Shown one piece after another: positions 20,545 through 31,688 of a stretch of 64,000 nt of DNA (positions are counted from its first letter, which is position 1; each line of letters starts with the position of its first letter). Made by a program: the position numbers and the translations under genes. Under the pieces are notes generated by a model. The model made no database searches. It was not told the origin of the DNA and was given only the letters and a program-made list of their open reading frames with translations. Source of the stretch: Bacteroidales bacterium (lineage in GTDB: Bacteria > Bacteroidota > Bacteroidia > Bacteroidales > UBA932); NCBI GenBank assembly GCA_017445425.1, contig JAFSUF010000029.1, positions 1,926 through 65,925 on the forward strand. The letters run 5' to 3'.

Positions 20545-22158
20545 CTATAATTTACCGGCAAAAAAGTCGTTGCCCTTGTCATCTACCAGGATAAATGCGG
20601 GGAAATCCTCCACCTGGATACGCCAGATGGCCTCCATTCCGAGTTCCGGATATTCCACGCACTCTATGCTCTTGATATTGTTCATGCTGAGCACGGCCGC
20701 GGGACCTCCGATGCTGCCCAGATAGAAACCGCCATGCTTCTTGCACGCGTCGGTCACGACTTTTGTACGGTTTCCCTTGGCAATCATTACCATGGAGCCG
20801 CCGTGGTCCTGGAACTCGTCCACGTACGGGTCCATACGGTTGGCGGTTGTAGGGCCCATGGAGCCGCAAGGCATCCCCTTGGGGGTCTTTGCGGGACCGG
20901 CGTACAGGATCGGATGATCCTTGAAGTATGCCGGGAGATCTTCACCTGCATCCAGACGTGCTTTCAACTTGGCATGGGCGATGTCGCGGGCCACGATTAT
21001 GGTACCGCTCAGGCTGACACGGGTTGCGACTGGATATTTGCCGAGTGTGGCGCATATATCCTTCATAGGCATATTCAGGTCAATCTTTACCGCATTACCT
21101 TCGCCTGCACTGCGCAACTCTTCCGGAATCAACTCGTAAGGCTTGTCGTCCATCTTCTCAATCCATACACCGTCGGCATTGATCTTGGCCTTGATGTTGC
21201 GGTCTGCAGAGCAGCTCACACCCAGTCCGATGGGGCAGCTTGCGCCATGGCGCGGCAAGCGGATTACGCGGATGTCGTGGGCGAAGGCGGTGCCGCCGAA
21301 CTGAGCGCCGAGCCCTATCTTGCGCGCCTGCTCCAGCAGCTGCTTCTCCAGATCTATGTCGCGGAAAGCGCGGCCGGAAGCGTCGCCGGTGGTGGGCAGC
21401 GAGTCATAATAATGCGTAGAGGCCAGCTTCACCGTGAGAAGGTTCTTCTCTGCCGATGTGCCGCCAATCACAAATGCGATGTGATAGGGCGGGCAGGCTG
21501 CGGTACCGAGGGTTCGCATCTTCTCCGTAAGGAACGGAACCAGTGTGCCGGGGTTCTGGATGCGCGCCTTGGTCTCCTGGTAGAGATAGGTCTTGTTGGC
21601 GCTGCCACCCCCCTTGACCACGCAGAGGAAGCGGTATTCCATACCTTCGCATGCCTCTATGTCTATCTGTGCGGGAAGGTTGCACTTGGTGTTGACCTCG
21701 TTGTACATATCCAGAGGAGCATTCTGGCTGTAACGCAGGTTCTCCTCCGTATAGGTCTTGTAAACGCCCTTTGAGAGAGCCTCCTCGTCGCAGAAGCCGG
21801 TCCATACCTGCTGCCCCTTCTCTCCGTGGATAATGGCCGTGCCGGTGTCCTGGCAGAACGGGAGCTGTCCCTTGCAGGCCACCTCTGCATTGCGCAACAT
21901 GGTCAGGGCCACATACTTGTCGTTCTCACTCGCCTCGGGGTCATTCAATATGGATGCGACCTGGAGGTTGTGGCTGCGGCGCAGCAGAAAGTTAACGTCG
22001 CGGAATGCGGCATGAGAGAGTGCCTCGAGCGCCTCGGGGGCAACTTTCAAAATCTTGTGGCCCTCAAATTCGGAGACGCTTACTCCCTCTTTTGTCAAAC
22101 AATAATACTCGGTGGTGTCTTTACCGAGCTGAAACATCGGTGCGAAAAAATAATCCAT
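20545..22158 (-). CDS. class I (Fe-S) fumarate hydratase, fused alpha/beta type
   Basis: Internal start [19 protein letters not shown] gives about 537 aa. Conserved Cys-containing blocks and a C-terminal beta-domain pattern. Confidence 0.75.
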   Translation of the reverse strand: MDYFFAPMFQLGKDTTEYYCLTKEGVSVSEFEGHKILKVAPEALEALSHAAFRDVNFLLRRSHNLQVASILNDPEASENDKYVALTMLRNAEVACKGQLPFCQDTGTAIIHGEKGQQVWTGFCDEEALSKGVYKTYTEENLRYSQNAPLDMYNEVNTKCNLPAQIDIEACEGMEYRFLCVVKGGGSANKTYLYQETKARIQNPGTLVPFLTEKMRTLGTAACPPYHIAFVIGGTSAEKNLLTVKLASTHYYDSLPTTGDASGRAFRDIDLEKQLLEQARKIGLGAQFGGTAFAHDIRVIRLPRHGASCPIGLGVSCSADRNIKAKINADGVWIEKMDDKPYELIPEELRSAGEGNAVKIDLNMPMKDICATLGKYPVATRVSLSGTIIVARDIAHAKLKARLDAGEDLPAYFKDHPILYAGPAKTPKGMPCGSMGPTTANRMDPYVDEFQDHGGSMVMIAKGNRTKVVTDACKKHGGFYLGSIGGPAAVLSMNNIKSIECVEYPELGMEAIWRIQVEDFPAFILVDDKGNDFFAGKL

Positions 22159-22284
22159 ACCACTATTTAATTTAATCTTTAATATCATTTTTGGTGGCAA
22201 CCCACCGCACATTTTGTTATAACGTAACCCCCTTCCTAAATCCCTCCCCCCGGGGGAGGGACTTACCCAACGCCCTATCGGGCT

Positions 22285-23374
22285 CTAATCATTACGACTT
22301 GTACCGTTCTGCATAAGGTAGAGTTTCATGAATTCGTTCAAATCTCCATCTAATACGCCGGTGGTGTCGCTGGTCTCATGCCCGGTGCGCAGGTCCTTCA
22401 CCAGCCGGAAGGGCTGCAGGGTGTAGTTGCGGATCTGGCTCCCCCACTCTATGCGCTTCTTCTGCCCTTCGAGCTCCGCCTGCTTCTCGCGCCGCTTTTG
22501 CAGTTCGAGGTCATAGAGGTGGCTCTTGAGGATACGCAAAGCGTTCTGGCGGTTGTCCAACTGCGAACGGGTCTCGGTGTTCTCAACCACGATGCCGGTG
22601 GGGATATGCTTCACACGCACCCCTGTCTCCACCTTATTCACGTTCTGTCCGCCGGCTCCGCTGCTGCGATAGGTGTCCCACTCCAGGTCGGCAGGGTTGA
22701 TCTCTATCTCGATGGTATCATCTACCAGGGGATATACAAATACGGAAGAGAATGACGTCTGACGCTTGCCCTGTGCGTTGAAGGGGGACATGCGCACCAG
22801 GCGGTGTACCCCGCTCTCACCCTTAAGGTAGCCGTAGGCATAATCGCCCTCCACCTCCAAGGTGACACTTTTTACGCCGGCCTCCTCGCCCTCCAGGACA
22901 TCTGCCACGGAGACCTTGTAGCCGTTGCGTTCTGCCCACCGGGTGTACATGCGCATCAGCATCGCGCTCCAGTCGTTGGATTCGGTGCCGCCCGCGCCGC
23001 TGTTGATTTTCAGTATCGCACCCAGGTTGTCCCCCTCTGCAGAGAGCATGTTGCGCATCTCCAGCGCCTCCACGCTGCCCACGAGGTCGTCGTAAGCAGC
23101 CTGCACATCATCGGCTGCATCCTCGCCAAACTCCATCAGCACCTGCAGGTCGGCAAGCCTGCCCTCTGCGGCTGCATAGCCGTCGGTCCAGAATTTTATC
23201 GCGGAAATCTTTTTGAGAGTTTTCTCCGCCTCCTTTGGGTCGTCCCAAAAGCCCCCCTCAAGGGTGGTGGCGTGAAGGGTTTCTATCTGCTGAATCTTGG
23301 AGGGTATGTCAAAGATACCTCCCCAACGTCTTCAACCGCTGTGCAATTTTATTAACCTCTTCTGACGTTATCAT
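22285..23374 (-). CDS. prfB: peptide chain release factor 2, needs a programmed +1 frameshift
   Basis: ORF0 reads ATG..MITSEEVNKIAQRLKTLGRYL then TGA. The +1 frame continues DIPSKIQQIETL... into ORF 22285..23142, which carries the GGQ motif (SGAGGQNVNK) and SPF. Confidence 0.9.
23308..23324 (-). other. RF2 programmed +1 frameshift site
   Basis: The minus strand reads GGGGAGG TAT CTT TGA C. That is an internal SD-like element, the slippery CTT and the TGA stop at 23309..23311, matching the classical E. coli prfB arrangement. Confidence 0.85.
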
Positions 23375-23810
23375 AAAATGCCTTTATTTGGTTATACGAA
23401 TAGCCGCGGGAGGTGCCGTACCTCAACAACTTTGCCAGGACCTGTTGCCCTTCACCCTTGATTGTCCGCAATTTGGCGGCGAGCACACTCTCCATCCTGG
23501 CCTGTGCCTTTTCTGTGTCTATTTGCTCCAGACCGTATTCGATTGCATCGCGGTCCAGCCCCTTGCGGGCAAGGGCGATCCGGATCTTGGCATCTCCCCA
23601 CCCCTGAAGGGCGCTTTTATCACGGGCAAACGCCGCAGCGTATCTGTTTTCGTCAATATATTTGTCCCTGCAAAGTTGCGAAATAATCGCTTGCGTGTCA
23701 ATAGCGTCATCTCCCTTGAGGAGTTCTACCTTGCGGGCGATTTCTGCCTTGCAGTATTCGCGGACGCTGCAAAGCTTGCTCAGCCGGCTGTATATCTTCT
23801 CCCGTTGCAT
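23352..23810 (-). CDS. recX: RecX-family regulatory protein
   Basis: About 150 aa of helical repeats, starting MQREKIYSRLSKLCSVREYCKAEIARKV. An alternative start lies at 23831. The 3' end overlaps the prfB start by 23 nt. Confidence 0.6.
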   Translation of the reverse strand: MQREKIYSRLSKLCSVREYCKAEIARKVELLKGDDAIDTQAIISQLCRDKYIDENRYAAAFARDKSALQGWGDAKIRIALARKGLDRDAIEYGLEQIDTEKAQARMESVLAAKLRTIKGEGQQVLAKLLRYGTSRGYSYNQIKAFYDNVRRG

Positions 23811-23821
23811 CGTGAAGGCTT

Positions 23822-26179
23822 TTAGAACCAATAACCCAGGCTGAGATATGCCCCGACCCGCCGGGTACGGCTGTTCCAGTTCAGATTGAACTCCAGCGGA
23901 CCGGCAATAAAATCATAGGCATAGCCCAGACGGAAGCCGGAAACCGTGCTGCCGCCGGCAAGACTCTGCACATCATGGCCGTCCCGGGCAAAATTGCCCG
24001 AGAGCACAAGGTAGTGGCTCTTGACAATGTTATAGCGCATGTCCAGACCGGCCACGGCAACCAGCGGGTCCATAATCATGTTGCCGGTGGTACCGTAAAA
24101 GGGAATCTGATGTTCCGTGAAACGCCCGGCCCTGTTGCCGCCGATACTGTTGGCCATAATCACCGGGATGTCATTACCCACCAGCGCCCGGCCGTAGATG
24201 AAAGGCGAAAGGGAGAAATGCCCTAAGGTGCCTGTATATTTAAAGGCGAGTTCCGCATCCAGGACAGGCTCGATTGCCCCGGCCGCCCTGACATCTGCCA
24301 TGAACGAGGCATTGACAGAGAGACTGACCCCTTTTTTGGGGAACCAGACGTTATCCACGTTATCCACGTCGATGTTGATATATGGACCGGCGAATGCGAC
24401 CCGGCTGTCATCCGCATCGTACGGTGCAGGCAGCGAAATCAAGTCAAACGGAGTGCGATAATAATATACACGGCCTTGCAAACCGATCTGTATCCGCCCT
24501 TTGCGGAGCCGCCCCGTAGAGACACACAGGTTGAAATTGTTCTGAAGGTAATCTATGGTACTCCTTGAGCCTGGAGCAGAGTAAGCAGAGAGGCCGTAAT
24601 GCCTCAACCCGTAGCCTGCATCAAAGCGGGCCTGGCTACGCCCGAGGTATGAATAGTGCAGGTCAAGATGATAATATCTGGCCAGCCGGGCATTGATGGC
24701 AAAGCGGTGGCCATAGAGCCTGTTATAGTTGAAGCCCACCCCCATCAGGATTGTGGATATCTCCTCTGTATCAAACCTCAGGCCCAGCCCCAGGCGGTTG
24801 TTGCGGTTGGGCACCATAGTCATGGTAAGGTCAAAGGGAGAAGTATCTCCGCCAAGGGAATAAACCACAGAAGAATATGCCTTTGTCGCATAAAGCTCAT
24901 TTGCCGCATCCTCTATATCGCTGATGGATATCTTCTTGTCTGTGGTCAAGGGGAAGTTGCGGGTAACATAGGCCTCATCCCTCTCGCTCAATCCCACAAA
25001 GTTGATTGATGCAAGGGTTATGGTGTCGCTCAGTTTAGTGGCCTTGAGAGCCTCCCTTGCGGCCGGCAAGGGACCCACGAACACCTCTTCTTGCTCCCGG
25101 GTTTTCTTATCAAGATATTCGCGCAACTCCATCAGTTTGGGAGCAGCCTCCCTTGCCGCCGCCTCGCCGTTGTCTATCAGGGTCCGCAGGCTGGCATTGT
25201 CAAAGCTCATCGTTCCGAATTTTCCAATCTCGGGCACGATAAGTATGTCAGTGTCGGCAATTTCCTCTTCTGTTTTCACCGACATCGCCACCTTGGCAAC
25301 GCGTGAAAGCATATTGCCGATATCGTTATAATCGGACGCGACCCCGTCGGAGGGGAATCTTACGCCGATGATGATATCCGCCCCCATCGCCCGCGCCACA
25401 TCCACGGGGAAATTATTCTTTACGCCTCCGTCCACGAGCACCATGTTGTCGGTCTTTACGGGTGCAAAGACCCCGGGTATCGCCATAGAAGCCCTGAGGG
25501 CAATCGGTAGGCGGCCGTTGTTGAAGACCACCTCACGCCCCGACACCAGATCCACAGCTACGCATGCGAACGGGATTGGCAGCTTGTAGAAGTCGCAGGG
25601 GTCGTGATAACCTACGGTGCAGTCGGAGAGAAGGTTGTATATGTTCTGTCCGGCCATGATGCTCAGCGGTATCATCCCCTTAGCCTGCCCTTCAGGGGCG
25701 AGATTGATGAAGCTTCCGATAGACGGCTGGACAGCAGAACCCTTTTTGCCATTTTCTGCCCGCTCTTCCCTACCGGTATCCCTATCGTTATGCTGGATAC
25801 GGCTCAGGGCAGAACTCCAGTCTATGCCAAAAGGGACTTCTACCAGATATTTTGACTTGTCGGTACGGTTCTCAAAGGATATGTCTTCGCGCTTGGCGGC
25901 TCCGCTTATCACATAATTCCAGTCCTGCGTAGTAAGCAGACTGTCCAGTTCGTCCACAGAATTTCCCACGGCATAGAGGCCTCCGATAAGTGCCCCCATA
26001 CTTGTGCCGGTAATCATGTCCACCGGTATCCCATACTCTTCCAGCACCCGGAGCACACCCACATGCGCCGCACCCTTGGCCCCGCCGCCGCTGAGCACGA
26101 CCGCCACTTTGGGGCGCTGGGCGTAGCCGGCAAACACCGTCACAAGGGATATTAAAGCTATAGCAACTATGCGTTTCAT
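23822..26179 (-). CDS. patatin-like phospholipase fused to an Omp85/BamA-type beta-barrel
   Basis: Signal peptide, [11 protein letters not shown] oxyanion block and GTSMGA nucleophile elbow. Long C-terminal beta-strand-rich region ending in an aromatic residue. Confidence 0.8.
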   Translation of the reverse strand: MKRIVAIALISLVTVFAGYAQRPKVAVVLSGGGAKGAAHVGVLRVLEEYGIPVDMITGTSMGALIGGLYAVGNSVDELDSLLTTQDWNYVISGAAKREDISFENRTDKSKYLVEVPFGIDWSSALSRIQHNDRDTGREERAENGKKGSAVQPSIGSFINLAPEGQAKGMIPLSIMAGQNIYNLLSDCTVGYHDPCDFYKLPIPFACVAVDLVSGREVVFNNGRLPIALRASMAIPGVFAPVKTDNMVLVDGGVKNNFPVDVARAMGADIIIGVRFPSDGVASDYNDIGNMLSRVAKVAMSVKTEEEIADTDILIVPEIGKFGTMSFDNASLRTLIDNGEAAAREAAPKLMELREYLDKKTREQEEVFVGPLPAAREALKATKLSDTITLASINFVGLSERDEAYVTRNFPLTTDKKISISDIEDAANELYATKAYSSVVYSLGGDTSPFDLTMTMVPNRNNRLGLGLRFDTEEISTILMGVGFNYNRLYGHRFAINARLARYYHLDLHYSYLGRSQARFDAGYGLRHYGLSAYSAPGSRSTIDYLQNNFNLCVSTGRLRKGRIQIGLQGRVYYYRTPFDLISLPAPYDADDSRVAFAGPYINIDVDNVDNVWFPKKGVSLSVNASFMADVRAAGAIEPVLDAELAFKYTGTLGHFSLSPFIYGRALVGNDIPVIMANSIGGNRAGRFTEHQIPFYGTTGNMIMDPLVAVAGLDMRYNIVKSHYLVLSGNFARDGHDVQSLAGGSTVSGFRLGYAYDFIAGPLEFNLNWNSRTRRVGAYLSLGYWF

Positions 26180-27204
26180 CACTGTTTATTTGAGTTCTTT
26201 CCTGCAAGCAGGCCGCAGGCAGCCATGATATCTTCTCCTCGGGAGGCCCTGATGGTGGTTGTAACCCCGCTCGCCTCAAGGCGCCTGGCGAATTGCTCCA
26301 CAAGGGCGTCGCCGCCGCTGGCATAAGGGCTGTCGGGAATCTTGTGGAACCGTATCAGGTTGACCCGGCACTCCAGGCCGCGCAGCAGGCGCGAGAGGGC
26401 GTCGGCATGGCGTTTGGTGTCGTTCAGGCCGGCAAACACGATATATTCAAAGGTCACCCTGCGCTGGCCGGTGAAATCATACTGCCTCACCAGCTTCAGG
26501 ACATCCTCAAGAGGATATCTGTTCTCCACCGGCATCAGGTTCATCCGCTCTTCATGGAAAGGGTTGTGCAGGCTCACAGCAAGGTGGCAGGAGGTAGTAT
26601 CCAGAAACTCCTTGAGGGTAGCCAGGTCGCCGATGGTAGAGAGGGTTATCCGTTTAGGGCTCCAACCGAACCCCCAGTCGGCACATAATATCTCTATTGC
26701 GCGGCACACACTCTCCCAGTTGTCTAACGGCTCCCCCATCCCCATAAAGACGGCATTTGTGAGAAGCGGGGCCTCCTCCACGTCCATAAACTGGGCAATT
26801 ATCTCACGGGTTGAGAGATTGCCGTGGAAGCCCTGGCGGCCTGTCATGCAGAACTTGCACCCCATCTTGCACCCCGCCTGGGAAGAGACGCAGAGGGTTG
26901 CGCGCTCCCGGTCGGGAATCATCACCGTCTCTATGTACTGGCCTGGCGCTACCGCCTCAAAGGCATATTTGCGCGTACCGTCTTTGGAGGTCATCACCTC
27001 GGCGGGGGTGATATGCCCCACCTGGTAGTCTGCAGCCAGCCTCTCGCGGTTCTCCTTTGAGATATTGGTCATATCGTCAATGGTGCGCACCCGCTTGTGG
27101 TAGAGCCAGTCCGCCATCTGCTTCGCCACAAAAGGCCTAAGGCCGACAGAGGCACACACCCCGCCCAGCTCGCTCAGAGTCATACCTAAAAGAAATTGCG
27201 CCAT
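26179..27204 (-). CDS. rlmN: 23S rRNA/tRNA (adenine-C2)-methyltransferase, radical SAM
   Basis: Internal start [15 protein letters not shown] gives 341 aa. CKMGCKFC radical-SAM cluster. The extension to 28014 overlaps the LOG gene and is rejected. Confidence 0.85.
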   Translation of the reverse strand: MAQFLLGMTLSELGGVCASVGLRPFVAKQMADWLYHKRVRTIDDMTNISKENRERLAADYQVGHITPAEVMTSKDGTRKYAFEAVAPGQYIETVMIPDRERATLCVSSQAGCKMGCKFCMTGRQGFHGNLSTREIIAQFMDVEEAPLLTNAVFMGMGEPLDNWESVCRAIEILCADWGFGWSPKRITLSTIGDLATLKEFLDTTSCHLAVSLHNPFHEERMNLMPVENRYPLEDVLKLVRQYDFTGQRRVTFEYIVFAGLNDTKRHADALSRLLRGLECRVNLIRFHKIPDSPYASGGDALVEQFARRLEASGVTTTIRASRGEDIMAACGLLAGKNSNKQ

Positions 27205-27237
27205 TTCTCTTTTATTTTGGGCAAAAATACTAAGAAA

Positions 27238-27963
27238 ATGATTAAGTTTGCACGTATGACACACGAAGAAGAAATTATCCGCAGAAGTTTCCGCCGCAAG
27301 TGGTGGAACGATGTCAAGACCAACAACAGCTGGTCTGTATTCAAAGTAATGTCGGAATTCGTACAGAGTTACGAGAAGTTGATGGAGACAGGTCCATGCG
27401 TCGCAATTTTCGGTAGCGCGCGCACCGACCCGGAAGACAAATACTATAAGGCATCGGTGGAGATTGCCGCCAAACTGAGCAAGCTGGGGTTCGGGATCAT
27501 CACCGGTGGCGGCCCGGGCATAATGGAGGCGGGCAACAAAGGGGCCAAGGAGGCCGGCGGGGCATCTGTGGGTCTCAATATCAACCTCCCCTTTGAGCAG
27601 TCTGCAAACCCCTATATAGATGCCGACAAGCTGATTTCTTACGACTACTTCTTTGTCCGCAAGACCATCTTCATGAAATATGCCCAGGGCTACATAGCCA
27701 TGCCCGGCGGTTTTGGCACTCTGGACGAACTCAGTGAGGCGCTGACCCTTATCCAGACCAACAAGCTGGTCTCCTTTCCCGTAATCCTTTATGGAAAGGA
27801 CTATTGGAAGGGGCTGCTGGACTGGTTCCACAACGTGCTGCTCCCCCACGGGATGATAAGCCCCGGCGATTTTGACATCTACAAGGTTGTGGATACTGTG
27901 GACGAAGCCGTGGCGATAATCGAGGATTTCTATAACAAATATGCACCCAAACCAAACTTTTAA
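27238..27963 (+). CDS. LOG / TIGR00730-family Rossmann-fold nucleotide-binding protein
   Basis: PGGFGTLDEL and GGGPGIMEA motifs. The start is ambiguous (27196, 27238 or 27256). Confidence 0.75.
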   Translation: MIKFARMTHEEEIIRRSFRRKWWNDVKTNNSWSVFKVMSEFVQSYEKLMETGPCVAIFGSARTDPEDKYYKASVEIAAKLSKLGFGIITGGGPGIMEAGNKGAKEAGGASVGLNINLPFEQSANPYIDADKLISYDYFFVRKTIFMKYAQGYIAMPGGFGTLDELSEALTLIQTNKLVSFPVILYGKDYWKGLLDWFHNVLLPHGMISPGDFDIYKVVDTVDEAVAIIEDFYNKYAPKPNF

Positions 27964-27990
27964 TATTATTAACCTGAAACACAAACTATT

Positions 27991-29016
27991 ATGGCTAAAG
28001 AAGAGATGAATCAAGCCGTGTCAAACGAGGAGAAGCTGAAGGCGCTGAAGGCAACCATTTCGAAGATTGAGAAGGATTATGGCAAGGGCTCTATCATGAC
28101 GTTGGGAGACCAGCCGGATAGCGCTGTTTCTGTTATTCCGTCGGGTTCCATAGCCCTGGACCACGCACTGGGCATCGGGGGTTATCCCCGCGGCCGCGTG
28201 ATAGAGATCTACGGACCTGAATCGAGCGGCAAGACAACCCTGGCGATACATGCCATCGCCCAGGCACAGAAGGCGGGTGGCATCGCCGCTATAATCGATG
28301 CCGAGCACGCTTTTGACCGCAGTTACGCTAAGAATCTTGGGGTCAACGTCGATACCCTGCTCATTTCGCAACCAGACAACGGCGAGCAGGCGCTCGAAAT
28401 CGCAGACAACCTGATCCGCAGCGGCGCGATTGACATTATCGTAATCGACTCCGTAGCAGCCCTCACCCCCAAGGCAGAGATCGAGGGGGAGATGGGAGAC
28501 AACAAGGTCGGCCTGCAGGCAAGGCTCATGAGTCAGGCACTGCGCAAGCTCACCGCAAATATCTCAAAGACCAACACATGCTGCATCTTCATAAACCAGC
28601 TCCGGGAAAAGATCGGCATCATGTTTGGCAATCCGGAAACAACTACCGGCGGCAACGCACTCAAATTCTATGCATCGGTGAGGATCGACGTGCGCAAGGT
28701 CACCCAGCTCAAGGACGGTGACGCCGCCACCGGCAACCGCACCCGCGCCAAGGTCGTAAAGAACAAGATGGCGCCGCCCTTCCGCAAGGCAGAGTTCGAC
28801 ATCGTCTTTGGAGAAGGCATCTGCAAGGTCGGGGAGATTGTGGACCTGGCTGTTGAGTACGACATCATACACAAGAGCGGCTCCTGGTTCAGCTACGAAG
28901 AGAGCAAGATTGGACAGGGACGCGACGCCGTGCTGCAGGTTCTGCGCGACAACCCCGAACTGTGCGACGAGATTGAGGCAAAGGTCCGCGAGGCGCTCGC
29001 TGCCATAAAAGACTAG
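27991..29016 (+). CDS. recA: recombinase RecA
   Basis: 341 aa with Walker [10 protein letters not shown] and full-length RecA pattern. Confidence 0.95.
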   Translation: MAKEEMNQAVSNEEKLKALKATISKIEKDYGKGSIMTLGDQPDSAVSVIPSGSIALDHALGIGGYPRGRVIEIYGPESSGKTTLAIHAIAQAQKAGGIAAIIDAEHAFDRSYAKNLGVNVDTLLISQPDNGEQALEIADNLIRSGAIDIIVIDSVAALTPKAEIEGEMGDNKVGLQARLMSQALRKLTANISKTNTCCIFINQLREKIGIMFGNPETTTGGNALKFYASVRIDVRKVTQLKDGDAATGNRTRAKVVKNKMAPPFRKAEFDIVFGEGICKVGEIVDLAVEYDIIHKSGSWFSYEESKIGQGRDAVLQVLRDNPELCDEIEAKVREALAAIKD

Positions 29017-29036
29017 TTATTTCGAGCAAACTGACA

Positions 29037-30026
29037 ATGGACATTGTACTTAGCGGTATCCGCTCCACCGGCCATCTTCACCTTGGCAACTACTACGGGG
29101 CGCTCAGGAACTTTGTAAAGATACAGGACACCCACAAGTGTTTCTTTTTCATAGCGGATCTCCATTCGCTCACGACCCATCCTCACCCGGAAGACCTCCA
29201 CGAAGGGGTAAAGACAATCCTGGCGGAGTATCTCGCCGCCGGTCTGGATCCCGAAAAGTCGGCCATCTTCGTGCAGAGCGAGGTGCCCGAGGTGTGCGAG
29301 CTGTATGTGCTGCTGAACATGCTGGCATACAAGGGCGAGATGGAGCGCACCGCCAGTTTCAAGGACAAGGTGCGGCACAACCCCAACAACGTTAATATCG
29401 GCCTTCTCTCCTACCCGGTGCTGATGGCCTCCGACATCCTGATTCACAGGGCAAAGTATGTCCCCGTGGGCAAGGATCAGGAGCAGCATCTGGAGATTGC
29501 CCGCCTGCTGGCGCGCCGTTTCAACAATATGTACGGTTGCGACGTGTTCCCGGAGCCCGAAGCGTTCAACTTTGGCAGCAACCTGGTAAAGGTCCCCGGC
29601 CTGGACGGCAACGGCAAGATGGGCAAGAGCGAGGGCAACGGCATCTATCTGTGCGACGATGAGAGAACCATCACCAAGAAGGTGATGCGCGCAGTTACCG
29701 ACAGCGGCCCCACTGAGCCTGACAGCCCCAAGCCGGAGGTGATAGAGAACCTGTTTACCCTGCTCAAACTTGTGAGCGAACCCGAAACGGTACAATTCTT
29801 TGAAGAGAAGTGGAACGACTGTTCCATCCGCTATGGGGATCTTAAGAAGCAACTTGCGGCCGACATCTGCAAGGTAACCCTCCCTATCCGTGACCGCATA
29901 GAGAGCATCACATCTGACGCCGCCTACCTGCGCAAGGTCACCGAGATGGGGCGGGAGAAAGCCCGCGCATCGGCACAGGCAACCCTCGCACTGGCAAAAG
30001 AGGCTGTTGGCCTGAAACGGTTCTAA
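29037..30026 (+). CDS. trpS: tryptophan--tRNA ligase
   Basis: 329 aa. HIGH-type TGHLHLGNYYG and KMSKS-type KMGKS. Confidence 0.9.
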   Translation: MDIVLSGIRSTGHLHLGNYYGALRNFVKIQDTHKCFFFIADLHSLTTHPHPEDLHEGVKTILAEYLAAGLDPEKSAIFVQSEVPEVCELYVLLNMLAYKGEMERTASFKDKVRHNPNNVNIGLLSYPVLMASDILIHRAKYVPVGKDQEQHLEIARLLARRFNNMYGCDVFPEPEAFNFGSNLVKVPGLDGNGKMGKSEGNGIYLCDDERTITKKVMRAVTDSGPTEPDSPKPEVIENLFTLLKLVSEPETVQFFEEKWNDCSIRYGDLKKQLAADICKVTLPIRDRIESITSDAAYLRKVTEMGREKARASAQATLALAKEAVGLKRF

Positions 30027-30035
30027 CTTATCGCC

Positions 30036-30419
30036 ATGTCTAAAGAGGCCGAGCTTGCGATGGTCCACGCGGGGTTTCCATCCCCCGCGGAGGATTTCAT
30101 GGACGTGGCGCTGGACCTCAACAAAGAACTCGTAAGGAACCCCTCTTCTACCTTTTTTGCAAGGGTGAAGGGGGATTCTATGATAGATGACGGCGTGAAC
30201 GACGGTGACATGCTCATCATAGACAAGGCTGCAGAACCTGTGGACGGCTGCCTGGCGGTATGTTTCGTGGACGGTGAATTCACTCTCAAACGCTATCTGA
30301 ACAAGGGCGATTACGCCATCCTGATGCCAGCCAACAAGGCATACAAGCCCATCCGGGTCGATGCCGACAACCAGTTCGCCATCTGGGGAGTAGTAAAATA
30401 TCTGGTCAAAAAAGTCTAA
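30036..30419 (+). CDS. umuD: S24 peptidase, UmuD-like (no HTH domain)
   Basis: 127 aa. GDSM serine block (VKGDSMIDDG) and a downstream Lys (FTLKRY). It starts 9 nt after the trpS stop. Confidence 0.75.
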   Translation: MSKEAELAMVHAGFPSPAEDFMDVALDLNKELVRNPSSTFFARVKGDSMIDDGVNDGDMLIIDKAAEPVDGCLAVCFVDGEFTLKRYLNKGDYAILMPANKAYKPIRVDADNQFAIWGVVKYLVKKV

Positions 30420-30422
30420 CCC

Positions 30423-31688
30423 ATGCCTTTCGTCGGCCTTTGCGACTGCAACAACTTCTTTGTGAGTTGTGAACGGGTGTTCCGTCCCGACCTGGAGCAC
30501 AGGCCGGTGATGGTCCTCTCCAACAACGACGGCTGCATAGTGGCCCGCAGCAACGAGGTCAAGGCGCTCGGAATCAAGATGGGGACGCCTTTCTATCAGG
30601 CCCGCGACCTTGTCCGCAGGCACAACATCGCCGTATTCTCTTCCAACTATCAGCTTTACGGCGACATGAGCCAGCGGGTGATGAACATCCTGCGTAAGGC
30701 TGTGCCGGGCATCGAGGTGTACTCCATAGACGAAGCGTTCCTCAATCTGGACGAAATGCCGCTGGAGAGCCTGCAGCCGTTCGCCCTCAACCTCTCGGCC
30801 CGCATCCGCCGGGAAGTGGGGATACCGGTCAGTATCGGCATCTCACCCACAAAGACCCTGGCCAAGATTGCCAGCAAACTGTGCAAGCAGTATCCCGCCC
30901 TCAAGGGGGGCTGCCTGATGTACCGCACACAAGATGTAGAGAAGGTGCTGGGACGCTTTCCCGTGAGTGACGTGTGGGGCATCGGGCGGCGCAGCAACGC
31001 CAAGTTGCAGGCTATGGGAATCACTCACGCGCTGGGGCTTTACAATATGCCCCGGGAACAGGTCAACTATCTGTTCAATCTCCCCGGCCTGAGGACTTGG
31101 AAGGAGCTTCACGGGGAGCCGTGCATAGGTTTTGAAGATGTGCAGAGCGACCGCCAGACGGTGTGCATCTCCCGCTCCTTTGCCAAGGAGATGACCACGC
31201 TGGAAGAGCTTGACGCCGCAATATCGACATTCACCAGCAAAGTGGCGGAGAAGCTGCGGGCCCACGGACAGTGCGCCCAGCAGCTGAGCGTCTTCATACT
31301 TACCAACCGCTTCCGCGAAGACGCACCGCAGAACTATCAGATAAAGACCACCCTGTTCGATGTCGCCACCGACGATACCCTGGAGATGTCGGAGCGGGCC
31401 GCTCTCTCCCTGAGGCAGATATTCAAGAGCGGATACGCCTATAAGAAGGCGGGGGTGATGGTCACCCGGCTGATGCCTAAGCGGGGGGTGCAGTCTTCTA
31501 TGCTGGACAACATAGACCGCACCCGCCGAGCCTCGCTTATGGAGGCCATCGACGCCATAAACAAAACCGAAGGGAACTACACTGTTCGCCTCGCTTCGCA
31601 AGGTGAGATGGACCAGTTCTCTGCACGCACGATGACCTCCCGCCGGTTCACAACCCGCTGGGATGAGATAATAGATGTAAAGGTATGA
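30423..31688 (+). CDS. umuC: Y-family DNA polymerase, UmuC-like
   Basis: 421 aa with N-terminus FVGLCDCNNFFVSCERVF and a SIDEAFL block. It starts 3 nt after umuD. Confidence 0.8.
   Translation: MPFVGLCDCNNFFVSCERVFRPDLEHRPVMVLSNNDGCIVARSNEVKALGIKMGTPFYQARDLVRRHNIAVFSSNYQLYGDMSQRVMNILRKAVPGIEVYSIDEAFLNLDEMPLESLQPFALNLSARIRREVGIPVSIGISPTKTLAKIASKLCKQYPALKGGCLMYRTQDVEKVLGRFPVSDVWGIGRRSNAKLQAMGITHALGLYNMPREQVNYLFNLPGLRTWKELHGEPCIGFEDVQSDRQTVCISRSFAKEMTTLEELDAAISTFTSKVAEKLRAHGQCAQQLSVFILTNRFREDAPQNYQIKTTLFDVATDDTLEMSERAALSLRQIFKSGYAYKKAGVMVTRLMPKRGVQSSMLDNIDRTRRASLMEAIDAINKTEGNYTVRLASQGEMDQFSARTMTSRRFTTRWDEIIDVKV

Noticed and set aside
20734-21774. 346-aa plus-strand ORF
   Set aside because: It is antisense to the class I fumarate hydratase gene, so it is a shadow ORF.
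22242-22260. CCCTCCCCCCGGGGGAGGG palindrome between prfB and the fumarate hydratase gene as a terminator
   Set aside because: The stem is perfect, but the loop is too tight and no U-tract follows on either strand. This is not enough to call an intrinsic terminator.
27205-28014. 270-aa N-terminal extension of the rlmN ORF
   Set aside because: It is antisense to the LOG-family gene and the recA start. RlmN homology begins at [10 protein letters not shown].
29013-30623. 536-aa ORF on the minus strand
   Set aside because: It is entirely antisense to trpS, umuD and the start of umuC, which have clear catalytic motifs. It has no recognisable motifs and is a typical shadow ORF of G+C-rich coding DNA.
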